64,000 bases of DNA from Lytechinus pictus (Eukaryota), in assembly GCF_037042905.1 (NCBI RefSeq), contig NC_087252.1, forward strand, positions 22,198,001 through 22,262,000, in the 5' to 3' direction. A program made the position numbers and the translations under genes. The notes beneath the pieces are model-generated. The model ran no database searches. It saw only the letters and a program-made list of their open reading frames with translations, and was not told the DNA's origin. Positions 61,823 to 64,000 of the stretch are shown here, in pieces. Positions within the stretch are counted from its first letter, which is position 1; every line of letters starts with the position of its first letter.

Positions 61823-62608
61823 ATGAAGGTTAAGAATATCGTAACTATTATTTCTGATCGAAGGAGGGAATTTCGACGTGCTCAAAAAAGGCGATTCCGG
61901 GAGTTTGAAGCACGTCGTCGGCGAGTACGGTACTATTTTTTGTTATGTGCTATAACGTTTGCCTGCACCGTGGAAAGGAGTGTGTGGATGAAGGAGCGAT
62001 CTGGACATTTCTGGGAGAGGATAGTGGAAGGGAGATTCACGGCAAGAGATTTTCGTGAAAATTTCCGTGTGAACAAGTCGACATTTGATTTTCTGTGTGG
62101 TGAGCTAGCACCGGCTATTCGTCGCCAAAACACACGATGGCGTAAAGCAGTTTGTGTCAGAAAGAGAGTTGCCATAACTCTGTGGCGTTTATCCACAAAC
62201 TGCGAGTATCGAACAATCGGGCATCTTTTTGGGGTAGCGAGATGTACCGCCAATGTCATCGTCAACGACACCTGCCTTGTAATTGTACAAGAACTAATGA
62301 GAAGATATATTACCTTTCCTTCTGGAGATAGATTACGGGCAACTGTTCAGGGGTTCGAGGACATGGGGTTTCCCCAAGTTGCAGGTGCCATTGATGGAAC
62401 CCATATCCCTATAATTGGACCTGTTAATTACCATGCTGATTATCATAATCGAAAGGGATGGTACTCTGTCATTCTCCAGGCAGTTTGTGACCATAAGTAC
62501 ATGTTCACAGATATCATGGTAGGATGGCCAGGACGCTGCCACGATGCCCGGGTGCTGGCAAACTCTTCTTTTCACCGAAGAGCGGAAAATGGAGAACTGC
62601 TTCCAAAT
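61823..62608 (+). CDS. Harbinger/HARBI1-like DDE transposase, exon 1
   Basis: FRENFRV..F..LC, HTH region LWRL..YRTIGHLFGV, GAIDGTH, GWPGRCHDARV; donor AAT|GTACGT, phase 0. Confidence 0.85.
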
Positions 62609-62933
62609 GTACGTTTACTTTTAAATCTAATTTATAAAACTTGAATTAAATTTCATTTTATTATTAAAGATTTAAGCCACAAAAGATTATGATAGACTAC
62701 AATCATTTAAAATCTCATAGATCTACAAGTCAATAGTAACATGCACATTTCATTTTTTTAAAGGGATAATATAAACAAAGGATTTAAAACAATAAATAAA
62801 CCTAGAGAAATCAAGCCTAGAATAAGGGTAGATCTTCTTTTAAAATTTCATAAGTAATAATAGGCTACCATTAGTTTGCTCCACCTATTCATCTAAAAAC
62901 ACTGAGGTTTGTGTGATTTTGATATTTCATCAG

Positions 62934-63081
62934 CAGGGCCATAGCCAGTGTTTGATGTTTGGGGGGCACATACATGTAATTGATCAACGTCCTGGGGAGG
63001 GGTCTATAAGGATGGGTGTGTGATCTTGGGGGGGGGGGGGGCACGTGCCCCCCCCCCCCCCCCTGGCTACGGGCCTGCATG
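62934..63081. mobile_element. Tiny hAT-type MITE in the transposase intron
   Basis: CAGGGCCATAGCCAG...CTGGCTACGGGCCTGCATG, TSD TTCATCAG. Confidence 0.7.
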
Positions 63082-63246
63082 TTCATCAGCATGATCAATG
63101 TGTATTTTAATGAATTAATTTTAATATATATTTTTCTAAACATCTTCATGATATTAAAATAGACCTCTACTTAGTATTGATGTTATTAATATTATTAAAT
63201 GATTATATTTCATTATTATCATTTTCAATACATTGTTTTTGACCAG

Positions 63247-63672
63247 ATGACAAGAAACATCAATGGCCAAGATGTTCCGCTGATGATACTTGGGGACCCT
63301 GCCTACCCACTGCTGCCATGGCTAATGAAAGGTTTTGCCGATAATGGTCGTCTGACTGAAGATCAGACTAACTTTAACTACAGGCTCAGCAGGGCGAGAA
63401 TGGTCATCGAAGGTAGTTTTGGTAGACTGAAGGGGCGATGGAGATGCTTATTGAAGCGCAATGACAGCGCTCTTGAGAACGTAACTAATATTGTTGGAGC
63501 GTGTTGTACCTTGCATAACCTTTGTCAGATGCAGTCCGATGAGCCAGATGACGAGTGGCTTGATGTTGCTCATGAATTACGAGAGTTTCAGCCACCTTGT
63601 CCTTTGCCAAATCAAAGGCCTGCACCATCAGCATCTGTAGTGCGTGATGCTCTTGTTCAGTATGTTAGGTAA
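63247..63672 (+). CDS. Harbinger/HARBI1-like DDE transposase, exon 2
   Basis: ttttgacCAG acceptor, phase 0; [42 protein letters not shown]. Confidence 0.85.
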   Translation: MTRNINGQDVPLMILGDPAYPLLPWLMKGFADNGRLTEDQTNFNYRLSRARMVIEGSFGRLKGRWRCLLKRNDSALENVTNIVGACCTLHNLCQMQSDEPDDEWLDVAHELREFQPPCPLPNQRPAPSASVVRDALVQYVR

Positions 63673-64000
63673 CTTTTTTTATGCATTTCTTCAACCACTG
63701 TTAATGATATTCCACAGGTGTAAACAGAGCCTCAAATGAACTCATTCATTCGGTTAGTCAATGACCCCCCCCCCCCCCAACCCCCGCCCTCATGATTGAA
63801 AATGTTATGTAGCCTCTGTTTTGTAATGTAAAACAGTTATCAAGAATAGAGTTTTCTCTCTTGGACATTTCTCTTTGTTTTTCCTTTTTAATTATTAATT
63901 TATGTTAATCATTCATAATAGACTATTGAGAAAATGCAAATCTGTTATTTTTTTATAATCCATTTTAAAGTAGATGGTTGGCCTTTTTGTAATGAATAAT

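Larger units (their letters stand above)
61515..64000 (+). mobile_element. PIF/Harbinger transposon, left part
   Basis: TTA|GACCCCTGTTACACAT terminus, repeated near 61603, followed by a transposase gene; right end is outside the window. Confidence 0.7.

Overview
AT-rich, repeat-dense eukaryotic DNA. An invertebrate deuterostome such as a sea urchin is inferred from the repeat families but not proven. Most of the window is nested transposable elements. One host gene, missed by the ORF track, can be built by hand on the minus strand (12131->4518, 5 GT-AG exons with matching phases). It encodes a signal peptide, an acidic six-cysteine saposin-like domain, and a 31-aa hydrophobic segment followed by G-RKRR. 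Mobile DNA comprises: a LINE (1-3250, minus) whose ORF1 and ORF2 lie in one frame broken only by two TAGs; a 26.6-kb nest (MITE > solo LTR, and L2 > full-length L1/Tx1 > 3.9-kb solo LTR > very young Gypsy with 3.6-kb LTRs and no integrase); a second 13-kb nest (minisatellite > hAT MITE > L2 > hAT MITEs > fold-back MULE and a P-like MITE); tRNA-derived SINEs; many MITEs, one with RSS-like CACAGTG ends; and an apparently intact, intron-split PIF/Harbinger transposase at the right end. All calls are from reading the sequence by eye; no searches were run.
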